DNA from: an uncultured Halieaceae bacterium
GTDB lineage: Bacteria > Pseudomonadota > Gammaproteobacteria > Pseudomonadales > Halieaceae
Assembly (NCBI GenBank): GCA_963977655.1
Contig: CAXBPV010000016.1
Location: 16,960-80,959, forward strand
DNA: 64,000 bases
Reading direction: 5' to 3'
In this document: positions 36,398 through 46,319 of the stretch, piece by piece
Layout: the number at the start of each line of letters is the position of its first letter
Position numbering within the stretch: the stretch's first letter is position 1
Notes under the pieces: model-generated
Seen by the model: only the letters and a program-made list of their open reading frames with translations
Told to the model about the DNA's origin: nothing
Databases searched by the model: none
Made by a program: the position numbers and the translations under genes

Positions 36398-38314
36398 GTG
36401 GATTTCTTCCGCGAGCAGGAGATTGCCCGCCGTAACACGCGTCTGCTGACCATCCTTTTCATCGTCGCGGTGCTGGTGCTCATCGGCATTACCAACGCGC
36501 TATTCGTTGGCTTCATTCTGGTCGAGACAGACGATGGCGGTTCGGCGACCTTGACTACCGATCTCGTCAGTTGGCAACAGTTCCTCGCTGTGGGGGGCGT
36601 CATCACACTGGTGATCGGCGCCGTGGTGCTGGTGAACTGGATCAACTTCGCTCGCGGCGGGAGCCAGATTGCCGCTGCGCTGGGCGGCCGACTAGTGCAA
36701 CCCGGCTCGGACGACCCTCTAGAGCGACGCGCTGCCAATATCGTTCAGGAAATGGCGCTGGCAGCCAACATGCCGATTCCGTCGTTATTCGTGCTCGATG
36801 CCGAATCCGGCATCAATGCCTTTGCGGCAGGCACCCGTCCCGCCAATGCCGTTGTGGCAGTGACGCGTGGCGCTCTGACGGCTCTTAACCGGGATCAACT
36901 TCAGGGAGTGATCGGGCACGAGTTCAGCCACATTCTCAATGGCGACATGCGACTCAGCATTCGCCTCGCCGCCATGTTGCGCGGTATTACCTTTATTGGT
37001 GACGTTGGCAGTATCCTGCTGCGCAGCTCGTCGCGACGCCGCCGCTTCAGATCCAGCGACAAAGATGATGGCCGCGTTGTAGCGCTGGCTGTGGGTCTGG
37101 GGCTGTATCTGATTGGCTTACTGGGTGGCTTGATGGCCGGACTGATCAAATCGGCCATCTCCAAACAAAAAGAATATCTGGCAGATGCCTCGGCCGTGCA
37201 GTTCACCCGCAATCCAGAGGGCATCGGTGATGCCCTGAAAATCATTGGCGGGCACGCATCAGGCACATACGTCGACAGTGCCCGAGCGGAGGAGATGTCG
37301 CACTTGTTCTTTGGTCAAGTGAAGCATCGCCTCTGGAGCGGCTTCGCCACCCACCCGCCCATAGAAAAGCGTATTGCACGCATAGACCCGGATTGGGATG
37401 GCCAATTTTTGGCAGCTCCTGAACCTGAGAAAGTAGCAGCGCACGCCACATCCGAGGCCGATCCCGGCCACCGTGCTGCACTCGCGGCGATCGCCGCAAG
37501 CGCTACCGTCGCCAACGCCACTCCGGCGGGCTTTGCCGCTCAAACTGACACTACTGCCACGCAAGACGAGGACAGTGAACTGCTGGAGGAAACCCGCGAT
37601 CCGTTGGGCGCCATGGCTGTGGTACTGGCCATGGTCTGGGACCCCCGTCACGAAAAAGCCCAGTGGCAGGCCATGGAATCCGACACCATTGCGGGCCTCG
37701 CAGAGACGACGCGTCGATGGTGCGAACCATTGAGGCGACGCACCGGCGCTCAGCGACTGTCGCTTCTGGAGCTGTGTCTTCCCACCCTGCGCGGACTCTC
37801 GGCCGAGCAGTACCGGGTTTTTCGCGAACGGTTGCTCAGCTGGATCAGCGCGGATGGCAAGACCGTGCTCGGTGAATGGTGTCTGTTCCAAATCATTCGG
37901 CACTATCTCGACCCCGAGTTGCTGGGCACTCGCTCAACGCGGCCACAGCATAAAACCCTGGCGGCCGTTTCTGGCGATCTGGCCACGGCGCTAGGAACGC
38001 TCGCCCATCTGACAGCGGAAGATACCGAGCGAGCGTTCAAGCGGGGAGCTGCGGCACTCGACTTACCTCTGGTTTTGCCCAATGTCGTAGCATTGGACGT
38101 GTCGGCCTTTGGCGCGGCAGTGAATAACCTCTCAGCCTGCTACCCGCTGTTAAAGGTATCGGTATTGAAAGCCATGGCAGCCGTCGCCGCCGATGACGGG
38201 GTCATCAGTGACAGCGAGTTGACGCTGGTCAAAGCCATGGCGGCTGTGATGGACTGTCCGGTGCCGGATGCCATGCTGGCAGCACACGGCATCGCTGTGA
38301 CCGCTACCGACTAG
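36398..38314 (+). CDS. M48-family (HtpX-like) zinc metallopeptidase with long C-terminal extension ending in a TerB-like module
   Basis: GTG start. TM helices flank the HEXXH motif (GHEFSHILNGD). The last 60 aa or so (LKAMAAVAADDGVISDSELTLVKAMAAVMD) resemble a TerB/DjlA-type helical repeat. Confidence 0.8.
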   Translation: MDFFREQEIARRNTRLLTILFIVAVLVLIGITNALFVGFILVETDDGGSATLTTDLVSWQQFLAVGGVITLVIGAVVLVNWINFARGGSQIAAALGGRLVQPGSDDPLERRAANIVQEMALAANMPIPSLFVLDAESGINAFAAGTRPANAVVAVTRGALTALNRDQLQGVIGHEFSHILNGDMRLSIRLAAMLRGITFIGDVGSILLRSSSRRRRFRSSDKDDGRVVALAVGLGLYLIGLLGGLMAGLIKSAISKQKEYLADASAVQFTRNPEGIGDALKIIGGHASGTYVDSARAEEMSHLFFGQVKHRLWSGFATHPPIEKRIARIDPDWDGQFLAAPEPEKVAAHATSEADPGHRAALAAIAASATVANATPAGFAAQTDTTATQDEDSELLEETRDPLGAMAVVLAMVWDPRHEKAQWQAMESDTIAGLAETTRRWCEPLRRRTGAQRLSLLELCLPTLRGLSAEQYRVFRERLLSWISADGKTVLGEWCLFQIIRHYLDPELLGTRSTRPQHKTLAAVSGDLATALGTLAHLTAEDTERAFKRGAAALDLPLVLPNVVALDVSAFGAAVNNLSACYPLLKVSVLKAMAAVAADDGVISDSELTLVKAMAAVMDCPVPDAMLAAHGIAVTATD

Positions 38315-38430
38315 CAAGCCGATCTCCAGGTTGATCCTTACCAGCCTCATGGCCTAAAGTGCAGCGACTTGTTTGGAACAAGTTATTGCGACGATAACCA
38401 CTAAAAACGTGTCTGCAGAGGACCCACGCC

Positions 38431-38844
38431 ATGCCATCAGCCGAAGACCGTCTCGCTATTTCAGAAGTATTGAACCGAATGGCCTACTACTACGATGAGG
38501 GCCGTCTTGATGAGCTCTCAGCCTGCTTTGCCGACAACGCCATCATGAGCATGCAAATCGCCGGCGGCGATATGGTGGGGCCGTTTGAAGGCCGCGATAA
38601 CATTATGGAACTCTACCGCGGCGCCAAGTCGACTCAAACTGACGTGCGCCGCCACGACATTACCAACATTATGTTTGACGCTTCCGGCGATACCCTCGCG
38701 GTCACATCCTATCTGACCCTGTTCGCGACCGAGCACGGTGAGACAAAGTTACTGACCACCGGGGTCTATCGTGACCAGGTGGCGCAGGTAGCAGGTGACT
38801 GGAAGATCACGCGGCGTCATATCGATCTCGACAGCGCTTACTGA
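38431..38844 (+). CDS. NTF2-fold (SnoaL-like) protein
   Basis: 137 aa. The pattern I.EVL.R.AYY.DEGR.DEL..CFA.DA......G, followed by W.I..R, matches the SnoaL_4/NTF2-like family. Confidence 0.7.
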   Translation: MPSAEDRLAISEVLNRMAYYYDEGRLDELSACFADNAIMSMQIAGGDMVGPFEGRDNIMELYRGAKSTQTDVRRHDITNIMFDASGDTLAVTSYLTLFATEHGETKLLTTGVYRDQVAQVAGDWKITRRHIDLDSAY

Positions 38845-38853
38845 GCACTCCGC

Positions 38854-40410
38854 GTGAATCTCGGCCGCATTCCCGCAAAGACTGCCCTGCTGAACCCCGG
38901 CAAGGAAGCGCTGATTGATATCCCTAACAATCGCCGAATGTCTTTCGGTGAACTGGACGAGCGCATCCGGCGACTGGGTAATGGACTGTGCACCGAGCTC
39001 GGTCTGAGCAAAGGGGATCGCGTTGCCATTTTGTCCAAGAACTGCATCCAGTACATGGAAGTCTTCTATGCCTGTGCGCGTTGCGGACTCATCGCCCAGC
39101 CGCTCAACTGGAGGCTCAGCGAGCCCGAGATGGCGAAGATTCTAGCGGATGGCGAGCCCAGCGTGCTCATCGGATCTGAAGAGTACAGCGACCAGACCAC
39201 GCGCTTGACGGCGGACCTGAAGATCCCCTCCGCACTGGTTTTTACCGCCGATCCCGACTGCCGTTACGAGCAGTTGATCGCCAACGCCAGCGACGCAGAA
39301 CCCGCATCCTCGACAGATGTTAGCGGGGATGATCCAGTCCTTATCCTCTACACCGGGGGTACCACCGGCGAGTCCAAGGGCGCCCTGCACTCCCATCATT
39401 CGCTTTACATGGGCATGCTGAATCAGTCCATTGCAGAGCGGATTGTGCCGACTGATGTCTACATGCTCACCGGCCAAATGTTCCATATACCGGTGGCACT
39501 GGCCATGAACTACATGGCGCACGGCTGCCCCGTGGTCTTGATTAATTTTGAGGCCAAACTGGCCCTCGATGTGATTCAGCAGGAGCGCGTGTCTGCTTTT
39601 CTCGGCATTACCACCATGATCAATTGGATGATGGCAGTGGAGGGATTCGCAGATTATGACTTGAGCAGCCTGCGCAACTTCCAATACGGCGGGGGCCCCA
39701 TGCCCCGCACCGTGGTGGAAGCGGCTTTGAAGGCCTTCCCCTGCACAATGATTCAGGGTTATGGCCAAACCGAAGGCATGACCATGACGTTTCTGTCACA
39801 GGAAGATCACACCCGCGCAATACAGGGCGATCACCCAGAGCGATTGGCTTCCTGCGGCCGGGAGGGATTTGTCTCAGAAATCCGAGTCGTCGACACCCAT
39901 GGCAAGCCTGTCCCGAGAGACGGGGTCAGCGCGGGCGAGATCATTGTTCGCTCAGAGGCCAACATGCTGGGCTACTGGCGACGACCGGAGCTGACCGCGC
40001 AAACGCTCCGGGACGGTTGGATGTGGACCGGAGACATCGCTACCTGGGACGAGGATGGTTACGTGTTTATCGTCGATCGGGCCAAAGACATGATTATTTC
40101 GGGCGGCGAAAATATTTACAGTACGCAGGTTGAGGCGGCGATTCATCAGCACCCTGCCGTGCTGGAATCCGCGGTTTTCGGCGTACCGGACGATGTCTGG
40201 GGCGAGGCTGTCAAAGCGGTGGTGGTGCTCAAGCCCGGAGAGACCGCGACCGAGGCTGAAATTATCGCTGAGGCCAGTAAGCATCTGGCTTCCTATCAAA
40301 AACCCAAGTCGGTGGATTTTGTCGATGCCTTACCCAAGGCCCCCACGGGTAAGATCCTGAAGCGGGACTTACGCGAGCCGTATTGGCGCGATGCGGAGCG
40401 CAATGTATGA
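38854..40410 (+). CDS. acyl-CoA synthetase (AMP-forming)
   Basis: YTGGTTGESKGA, QGYGQTE, GD....DEDGY..IVDR.KD and PKAPTGKILKR motifs. GTG start. Confidence 0.85.
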   Translation: MNLGRIPAKTALLNPGKEALIDIPNNRRMSFGELDERIRRLGNGLCTELGLSKGDRVAILSKNCIQYMEVFYACARCGLIAQPLNWRLSEPEMAKILADGEPSVLIGSEEYSDQTTRLTADLKIPSALVFTADPDCRYEQLIANASDAEPASSTDVSGDDPVLILYTGGTTGESKGALHSHHSLYMGMLNQSIAERIVPTDVYMLTGQMFHIPVALAMNYMAHGCPVVLINFEAKLALDVIQQERVSAFLGITTMINWMMAVEGFADYDLSSLRNFQYGGGPMPRTVVEAALKAFPCTMIQGYGQTEGMTMTFLSQEDHTRAIQGDHPERLASCGREGFVSEIRVVDTHGKPVPRDGVSAGEIIVRSEANMLGYWRRPELTAQTLRDGWMWTGDIATWDEDGYVFIVDRAKDMIISGGENIYSTQVEAAIHQHPAVLESAVFGVPDDVWGEAVKAVVVLKPGETATEAEIIAEASKHLASYQKPKSVDFVDALPKAPTGKILKRDLREPYWRDAERNV

Positions 40411-40862
40411 CGGCTTTGCTCTCGGAGGAGATCCTCTCCTGCATCGGCCGACAGAGTTCGCCCCGACGGGAAATCGTCACCCGTCGCGACATCCGAAAGT
40501 ATGCCATTGCTACTGATAACCGACAGGCGAAGTACCTCGCAGGTGACGTGGCCCCACCGCTATTTCATGTGCATCTGTTTTGGGATGTAGTGCCGCTGAG
40601 CGAGCTTTCGCCCGACGGTGTTTCCATCGACACGCTCTTGCCTCGATTCCCCCTCGAAAAGGCGATGGCAGGGGGCCTCGATATCACCTACCACCAACCC
40701 ATCAAGCCCGGCGACTGGCTAACCGCTACCCGGACACTCACTGACATCTATGAAAAATCGGGGCGCAGCGGCCCGCTGATTTTCTACGAAGTGCTGATGG
40801 AAGTGCGTAACGACGCGGGCGAGCCAGTCGTCACCGAAAAGACCACGAGGATTCTGAGATGA
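40407..40862 (+). CDS. MaoC-N-terminal-like (FAS1-type) hot-dog subunit of a heteromeric enoyl-CoA hydratase
   Basis: 151 aa. ATGA overlap with the ligase gene. Hot-dog fold pattern without the hydratase motif, like the non-catalytic partner in ChsH1/ChsH2-type pairs. Confidence 0.65.
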   Translation: MTALLSEEILSCIGRQSSPRREIVTRRDIRKYAIATDNRQAKYLAGDVAPPLFHVHLFWDVVPLSELSPDGVSIDTLLPRFPLEKAMAGGLDITYHQPIKPGDWLTATRTLTDIYEKSGRSGPLIFYEVLMEVRNDAGEPVVTEKTTRILR

Positions 40863-41266
40863 GCCTCACGCCAAAGGTGGGCATGGCGCTTCCCGAACGC
40901 CAGCACCTCTGCGAGGTGGTGCAACAAATGCTCTACAACGCCTCCTTATGGAACGGCCATCGGATTCATTTCGACGTGCCCTACGCGACCGAAGTCGAGG
41001 GATATCCGGGCCTGGTGGTGGCGGGACCACTGATCGGCGACTGGCTGCATCAAGTTGTTGATGAATGGCTCGGCGACGCCGGCATGATCACGGGTATTGA
41101 ATATTCAAACCGGGTTGCCGCCTTTATCGGCGAGACCGTGACGGCCGGCGGCACGGTGACCGCCTATGATCCGGAGTCAGGTGAAATTCGGCTCGAGGTG
41201 TACGTCAAAAATGATCGCGAAGAAGTGCTTGCGCCCGGCGTCGTAACGGCCAGGCTGGAACGGTAG
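40859..41266 (+). CDS. MaoC-like (R)-specific enoyl-CoA hydratase subunit
   Basis: 135 aa. Hydratase-motif-like SLWNGHRIHFD, PG.VV.G and a C-terminal hot-dog fold. ATGA overlap with the upstream subunit gene. Confidence 0.7.
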   Translation: MSLTPKVGMALPERQHLCEVVQQMLYNASLWNGHRIHFDVPYATEVEGYPGLVVAGPLIGDWLHQVVDEWLGDAGMITGIEYSNRVAAFIGETVTAGGTVTAYDPESGEIRLEVYVKNDREEVLAPGVVTARLER

Positions 41267-41276
41267 CGAGACGTCG

Positions 41277-42455
41277 ATGGCAAAGAGCGGATTAAACAGC
41301 ACCTGCGCACTGATCGGCATGGCCGAGAGCGACGTGGGAATCGTCCCGGACAAGACACCGCGGGAGCTCTGCGTTCAGGTGACGCTGGATGCGGTGCGTG
41401 ACGCGGGGCTGACGCTGCAGGAGGTTGACGGCCTCATCACCTGCAATGCCTTTGCAGAGCCCATCATGTATCACGCGGAAGCGGTGGCAGAATATTTGGG
41501 CTGGCAACCCAGGCACTGCGTCACTGTGAACACCGGTGGTGGCACCACGTTTATGGCAATCAAGATGGCTGCCGCAGCCATCGCCGCAGGAATGGCACAT
41601 ACCATTGTCGTAGCCATGGCAGACAGTCTGCGGAGTTTTATGACCCGCGAGCAGGCGATGGTGGTGCAGTCGAGCTCCGGGCATCCTCATTACGAGCAAC
41701 CGTATGGACCCACGGTACCTGCCTACTATGCGCTGATTGCACGAGCGCACATGGACCGCTTTGGTACTACCGAGGAACATTTTGCGCACGCGGCGGTATC
41801 TTGCCGAGCGTGGGCCAACCAGCATCCGAAGGCGCAAATGCGAGACTTGATAAGCATCGAGGACGTCATGGGCTCTCGCCCCATCGCCGATCCTCTCAAG
41901 GTTCTCGACTGCTCTCTCGTGTCTGATGGGGGTGCTGCTGTGGTAATCACCCGCGGGGACCGCGCGAGCAACGCTGCCCAAAAGCCGATCTACCTATTGG
42001 GTTATGGCGAGGGTCACGCCTACGAGCACATCAGTCAGGCTCAGGATCTCACGACATCCGCGGCCGTCACATCGGGCCGAGCAGCCTACGCAGATTCAGG
42101 TTTGACCCCCAATGATATGGACTTACTGCAGCTATACGATTGCTTTACCCCCGCCCTGCTCATACAGATCGAAGACCTCGGTTTTTGCGCCAAAGGTGAG
42201 GGAGGCGACTGGTTGGCGAGCGGCATCAGCCTGCCCGGGGGGACTAAACCGCTTAATACCCATGGCGGCATGTTGTCCTACTGTCATCCGGGTAATCCGG
42301 GTGCGATGTTCGGGCTGACCGAGGCGATGTTGCAGCTGAGAGGGCAAGCCGGTGAGCGGCAACTGGCCGGCATGAATACGGCGCTGTGCCATGCGCAGGG
42401 CGGCATCATGTCCAGCCACGCCACACTGATTCTGGGGAACGCGCGACCATCATGA
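41277..42455 (+). CDS. SCP-x-type thiolase-like protein (thiolase or retro-aldolase)
   Basis: 392 aa thiolase fold with terminal blocks NTHGG.LS and GNPG. It resembles the Ltp2/Sal/BbsB subgroup, which partners with DUF35 proteins. Confidence 0.75.
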   Translation: MAKSGLNSTCALIGMAESDVGIVPDKTPRELCVQVTLDAVRDAGLTLQEVDGLITCNAFAEPIMYHAEAVAEYLGWQPRHCVTVNTGGGTTFMAIKMAAAAIAAGMAHTIVVAMADSLRSFMTREQAMVVQSSSGHPHYEQPYGPTVPAYYALIARAHMDRFGTTEEHFAHAAVSCRAWANQHPKAQMRDLISIEDVMGSRPIADPLKVLDCSLVSDGGAAVVITRGDRASNAAQKPIYLLGYGEGHAYEHISQAQDLTTSAAVTSGRAAYADSGLTPNDMDLLQLYDCFTPALLIQIEDLGFCAKGEGGDWLASGISLPGGTKPLNTHGGMLSYCHPGNPGAMFGLTEAMLQLRGQAGERQLAGMNTALCHAQGGIMSSHATLILGNARPS

Positions 42456-42859
42456 GCAGACCCATACCTCGTCCCTCTCCCACCGAGCAGCCATTCTATG
42501 ACGCCTGCGCTCGTGGCGAACTGGCACTGCAATACTGCAAGCCCTGCAACCGATTCCTGTTTTACCCGAGAACCCACTGCGATCACTGCCACAATCCTAC
42601 ACTCGAGTGGCGGCAGGTGAGCGGCGAGGGCACTATCGCCAGCTATACCGTGGTGCGAAGATCGGTATCCGAGGCCTTTACGGCCCCCTACGTAATCGCG
42701 CTTATCGACCTGGCCGAGGGCCCGAGAATAATGAGCCAGATCGTTGACACTGAACCAGAGGTGCTGGCAGTGGGACAATCAGTCTTAGTTGCGTTCGAGG
42801 AATGGTCAGACGATATCAAACTACCCGTTTTTAAATTGCGAGGCGTTTTGGGCAAATGA
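42452..42859 (+). CDS. DUF35 Zn-ribbon/OB-fold protein (thiolase partner)
   Basis: Start moved to ATG 42452 (ATGA overlap). Rubredoxin-like CxxC...CxxC (CKPCNRF.FYPR.HCDHC), then an OB-fold (G.GTI.SYTVV). Confidence 0.8.
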   Translation: MSRPIPRPSPTEQPFYDACARGELALQYCKPCNRFLFYPRTHCDHCHNPTLEWRQVSGEGTIASYTVVRRSVSEAFTAPYVIALIDLAEGPRIMSQIVDTEPEVLAVGQSVLVAFEEWSDDIKLPVFKLRGVLGK

Positions 42860-42892
42860 GTCCCGACTCAACACCCAGAAAGTGAGGAGAAA

Positions 42893-44245
42893 ATGAACAG
42901 CCGAATGATTCCTGTTGCCGTAATCAATCCCGAGGCAAACCCGGAGAGCCTCGAGGCTAAACAGCCTGCCATCGACAATGGTGCGGAAGTCTATGCCAAG
43001 GACGGATATTTCAGTCGCGAGTATATGGCGCGTGAGTGGCATAAAGTCTGGACAGAAAGCTGGTTGATCGCTGGCGTCAGCGCAGATCTTGGTGAGGTCG
43101 GCGACTACTTTCTTTTTAAGGTGCGCGACGAATCCATTATCGTGACCAAAACGGCGGCGGGGATCAGCGCGTTTTACAACGTTTGCCCGCATCGCGGCGC
43201 CCGTTTGCTCACTGAAGAGCGCGGCAATAAAAAAGTATTCGTATGCCCTTTCCACAGCTGGAGTTTCCGTAACGACGGGACGCTTCGCGCCATCACCGAC
43301 GAGGAGACCTTTCAGGACGCAGTGATCTGTCATCGACCGGGCCTGACCCCGGTAGCGTGTGAGGAGCATGCCGGTTTGATTTTTATCAGCATGTCTGACG
43401 ACCCGATCCCGCTTAAGACCGCCATTGGCCTACCCGAGGGTTACCTCGAGAACTATCAAATCGACAAGATGCGGGTAGTCCGACATGTTCGCAGCGAGTG
43501 GGGCTCCAACTGGAAAGTGGGTGTTGAGGCCTTTTATGAGAGTTATCACCTCCACGCAGTGCATCCCGAAACCCGGGGCGTTATGGGTGACCTTAATGTG
43601 CAATACGATTTGTACCCCGGGGGCGCGAGTCGCATGATCGTCCCGCTGGGACAGCCCAGCCCCCGTCAGGCTGACCAGACCACCGTCAACGAAGGTCTGC
43701 AGTGGATGCTACAGGAGGCGGGCGTGGATCCCGCCGAGTTTTCGGGCACTGCTGCCGATGTGCGGGCCGCCATCCAGCAGGCGAAACGAGCGCGATCCGA
43801 TCGACTCAATTTGGGCTACGAACGATTCTCCGATGGGCAGCTGTCAGACAGCTGGGCCACGGGTCTGTTTCCCAATGTGCAAATCGGCTGCCATCCCGAG
43901 GCCATCTTTCTGATGCGTTTTATGCCCCACGATACGGATCCCGAGCGCTTCTGGTACGACACCATGACCCTGATGTTTCCCGTGGATGACCCCAATTACT
44001 GCCCACCGGCGTGGATGGGCCTACCCGAGGGCACCGACGTAACTGGGCAGCACAGACCCGCGACCGAGCAGTTCCTGATCGATGAGGATCCCGGCCTCGG
44101 TCTGGTCTTGAGTCAGGATGCGGCTTTCCTACCTTCGGTTCAGGAAGGCATGCGCAGCAAGGCGTTTAAGGGCCAGCTATGGGGGGAACAGGAGCAACGT
44201 CTGCGCCACTTCCATGTTGAACTGGAACGCTGGCTCAATCGCTGA
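42893..44245 (+). CDS. Rieske [2Fe-2S] non-haem-iron oxygenase, alpha-subunit type (no beta subunit or reductase adjacent)
   Basis: Rieske motif CPHRGARL...CPFHSW and mononuclear-iron region EAFYESYHLHAVH. GAGGAGA RBS. Confidence 0.85.
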   Translation: MNSRMIPVAVINPEANPESLEAKQPAIDNGAEVYAKDGYFSREYMAREWHKVWTESWLIAGVSADLGEVGDYFLFKVRDESIIVTKTAAGISAFYNVCPHRGARLLTEERGNKKVFVCPFHSWSFRNDGTLRAITDEETFQDAVICHRPGLTPVACEEHAGLIFISMSDDPIPLKTAIGLPEGYLENYQIDKMRVVRHVRSEWGSNWKVGVEAFYESYHLHAVHPETRGVMGDLNVQYDLYPGGASRMIVPLGQPSPRQADQTTVNEGLQWMLQEAGVDPAEFSGTAADVRAAIQQAKRARSDRLNLGYERFSDGQLSDSWATGLFPNVQIGCHPEAIFLMRFMPHDTDPERFWYDTMTLMFPVDDPNYCPPAWMGLPEGTDVTGQHRPATEQFLIDEDPGLGLVLSQDAAFLPSVQEGMRSKAFKGQLWGEQEQRLRHFHVELERWLNR

Positions 44246-44272
44246 AAGCCTTGCAATCTCGAAGCCGCTTAG

Positions 44273-45673
44273 ATGACTACGCCCGAGCGTGAGCTCACCA
44301 GCCCGGCCCTATGGTGGGATGGCATACCTCGCGCCACTCCCGAGCCGCCGCTGGAAACCGCAATCACCACCCAATATGCCATCGTAGGCGGCGGCTACAC
44401 CGGATTGTGGACAGCTTATTTCCTTAAACAGCGGCAACCACAGGCTGACGTGGTATTGGTAGAAGCCCACCGGATTGGCCACGGCGCGTCCGGGCGTAAC
44501 GGCGGCTGGCTCATGGGTTCTCTCGAGGGGTTGTCCACGTTTGTGAGCGCAGACGGAAGGCTCGCCCAATCCGTGCGCAGCACGCTTAATCAACTGGTAA
44601 CCGATGCCGGAAAGACGCTGTCAGAGGCCGAGATCGACTGCGACTTTCACCATGGAGGCTGCATTATGGCGGCTGCTCGATACGACGCGCAGACAGATCG
44701 CGCGCGCGCGGCACTTGAGAATTTCAGAGGGCTCGGCTTCTCCGATGAAGACTACCAATGGCTTTCGCCGCAACAACTCAAAGAAAAGGTCATGGTGGCC
44801 AAGCCCGGTGGCGGCATCTACACACCACACGTTGCCCGCATACAACCCGCCAAATTGGTAACGGGGCTGACAAAGGCCGTTAAAGCTCTGGGGGTTCGAC
44901 TGTTCGAGCACACCCGCGCAAGCAGCATCTCCCCCGGGCAGGTGACCTGCGATCGCGGCATCATTCATGCAGACCACATCGTCATCGCGACCGAGGGCTA
45001 CTCGGAATATGGCAGCCCGCTGCATCGCCGTATTGTTCCCGTGCAAAGCGGGATGGTGGCCACCGAGCCGCTGAGCGGATCGCAATGGAATAGTCTCGGG
45101 CTACATGAGCAGGAAACGCTGGCTGACTTTAGCCGCGCAGCGACTTACCTGCAGCGGACGGCCGATAACCGGCTGGTGGTGGGTGCTCGAGGCCACTATC
45201 GTCCGGGCGGCCTGCCACAGCATTCACTCTCAGACGACGATGCACTGCGTAGGCACCGAGAGAAAGTTGCCCAGTCGCTGTTCCCGCAATTGCAGGGCGT
45301 GACCTTTACCCATAGCTGGGGCGGTAGCGTGGGGGTGGCTCGCGCATGGCAGCCGCATGTGCTTTACGACCGTGCAACGGGCATGGCTACTGCCGGAGGC
45401 TACGTTGGGGAAGGCGTCGGCGCGAGCTTCCTGTTCGGCCAGACGCTGGCCGATTTGCTAACCAACATCCCGTCCGAGAGGGTTCAGATGCCCTGGGTCG
45501 CGTCTCGTGAGCTAACCGCGCTCAAAAAATGGGAGCCCGAGCCGATACCGCGCTGGGGTTTTAATGCACTCATGACCACATTCCGTGTTGAGGAGTGGTT
45601 GGCCTCGCGCTACGGAGGAAGCGTCCCCAGCGCACTGGCCGCAAAGTTGTGTGACCGGATAACCCCGCACTGA
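44273..45673 (+). CDS. FAD-dependent oxidoreductase (DAO family, PuuB-like)
   Basis: Dinucleotide fold VGGGYTGLW followed by H..GHGASGRNGG. Same family as the partial gene at 2-514. Confidence 0.8.
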   Translation: MTTPERELTSPALWWDGIPRATPEPPLETAITTQYAIVGGGYTGLWTAYFLKQRQPQADVVLVEAHRIGHGASGRNGGWLMGSLEGLSTFVSADGRLAQSVRSTLNQLVTDAGKTLSEAEIDCDFHHGGCIMAAARYDAQTDRARAALENFRGLGFSDEDYQWLSPQQLKEKVMVAKPGGGIYTPHVARIQPAKLVTGLTKAVKALGVRLFEHTRASSISPGQVTCDRGIIHADHIVIATEGYSEYGSPLHRRIVPVQSGMVATEPLSGSQWNSLGLHEQETLADFSRAATYLQRTADNRLVVGARGHYRPGGLPQHSLSDDDALRRHREKVAQSLFPQLQGVTFTHSWGGSVGVARAWQPHVLYDRATGMATAGGYVGEGVGASFLFGQTLADLLTNIPSERVQMPWVASRELTALKKWEPEPIPRWGFNALMTTFRVEEWLASRYGGSVPSALAAKLCDRITPH

Positions 45674-45718
45674 GTCTTCATGGGCGGGTGCCTCAGGCCC
45701 GGAGCGAGACTCGGCTGA

Positions 45719-46156
45719 CTAAGTACTCTCTGCCAGCTCAGGCGCCTCGGCCCCGCCTGCGCTGAGACGATGACTGATCCAGCCACCCAATGGCAGACAA
45801 ATCACAATCAAGGCAAAGAAAATCCAGTGATGCCAGACCGGCATGGATTCCCAAAATTGTGTTTGCACCGATATCCCGATCAACAGCATGTCCGCCGTCG
45901 CACCCGCAAGGCACACCACGCGCCAGCGACCCCCGCCCGAGATAAAACCCACAGCGATGCCACACAACAGCAACACAATGGCCTGCATTAGCTCGATCGA
46001 AAGCACCAAAGGGACGTGAAAAGTGCCTCCCAAGCTATTGACGTAGCTTGGGAAATTTCCAATCCACCACGCCAGAAGCGGAACGCACAACACACCGTAG
46101 ATGAGCGGTGCCGCAATAACCGACGCCAGTAATCGAAACCATCGCATCAGCGGCAT
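45719..46156 (-). CDS. hypothetical four-helix membrane protein
   Basis: 145 aa with four hydrophobic segments. No family was recognised. Confidence 0.45.
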   Translation of the reverse strand: MPLMRWFRLLASVIAAPLIYGVLCVPLLAWWIGNFPSYVNSLGGTFHVPLVLSIELMQAIVLLLCGIAVGFISGGGRWRVVCLAGATADMLLIGISVQTQFWESMPVWHHWIFFALIVICLPLGGWISHRLSAGGAEAPELAEST

Positions 46157-46319
46157 TCTCCCTTCAAATCTGGCCCATCGAGATGGTCGACCGCACTGTC
46201 GGCTGCACCGGCATTAAAACCGGCGGGCACCGGCCGAGCCACCCACAGCAGAGCCGTTGTTCGTTGTTAGGCACTCAAGAGTGTATACTACTCGGCCGGT
46301 CAACCGCGAGGAAAACGAT

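Noticed and set aside
38367-38383. Hairpin acttgtt-tgg-aacaagt after the M48 gene, also read as a possible sigma54 -24/-12 element (TGGAAC...TTGC).
   Set aside because: The stem is short and AT-rich with no U-tract, so it is a weak terminator at best. The GG-to-GC spacing is one nt too long for the sigma54 consensus.
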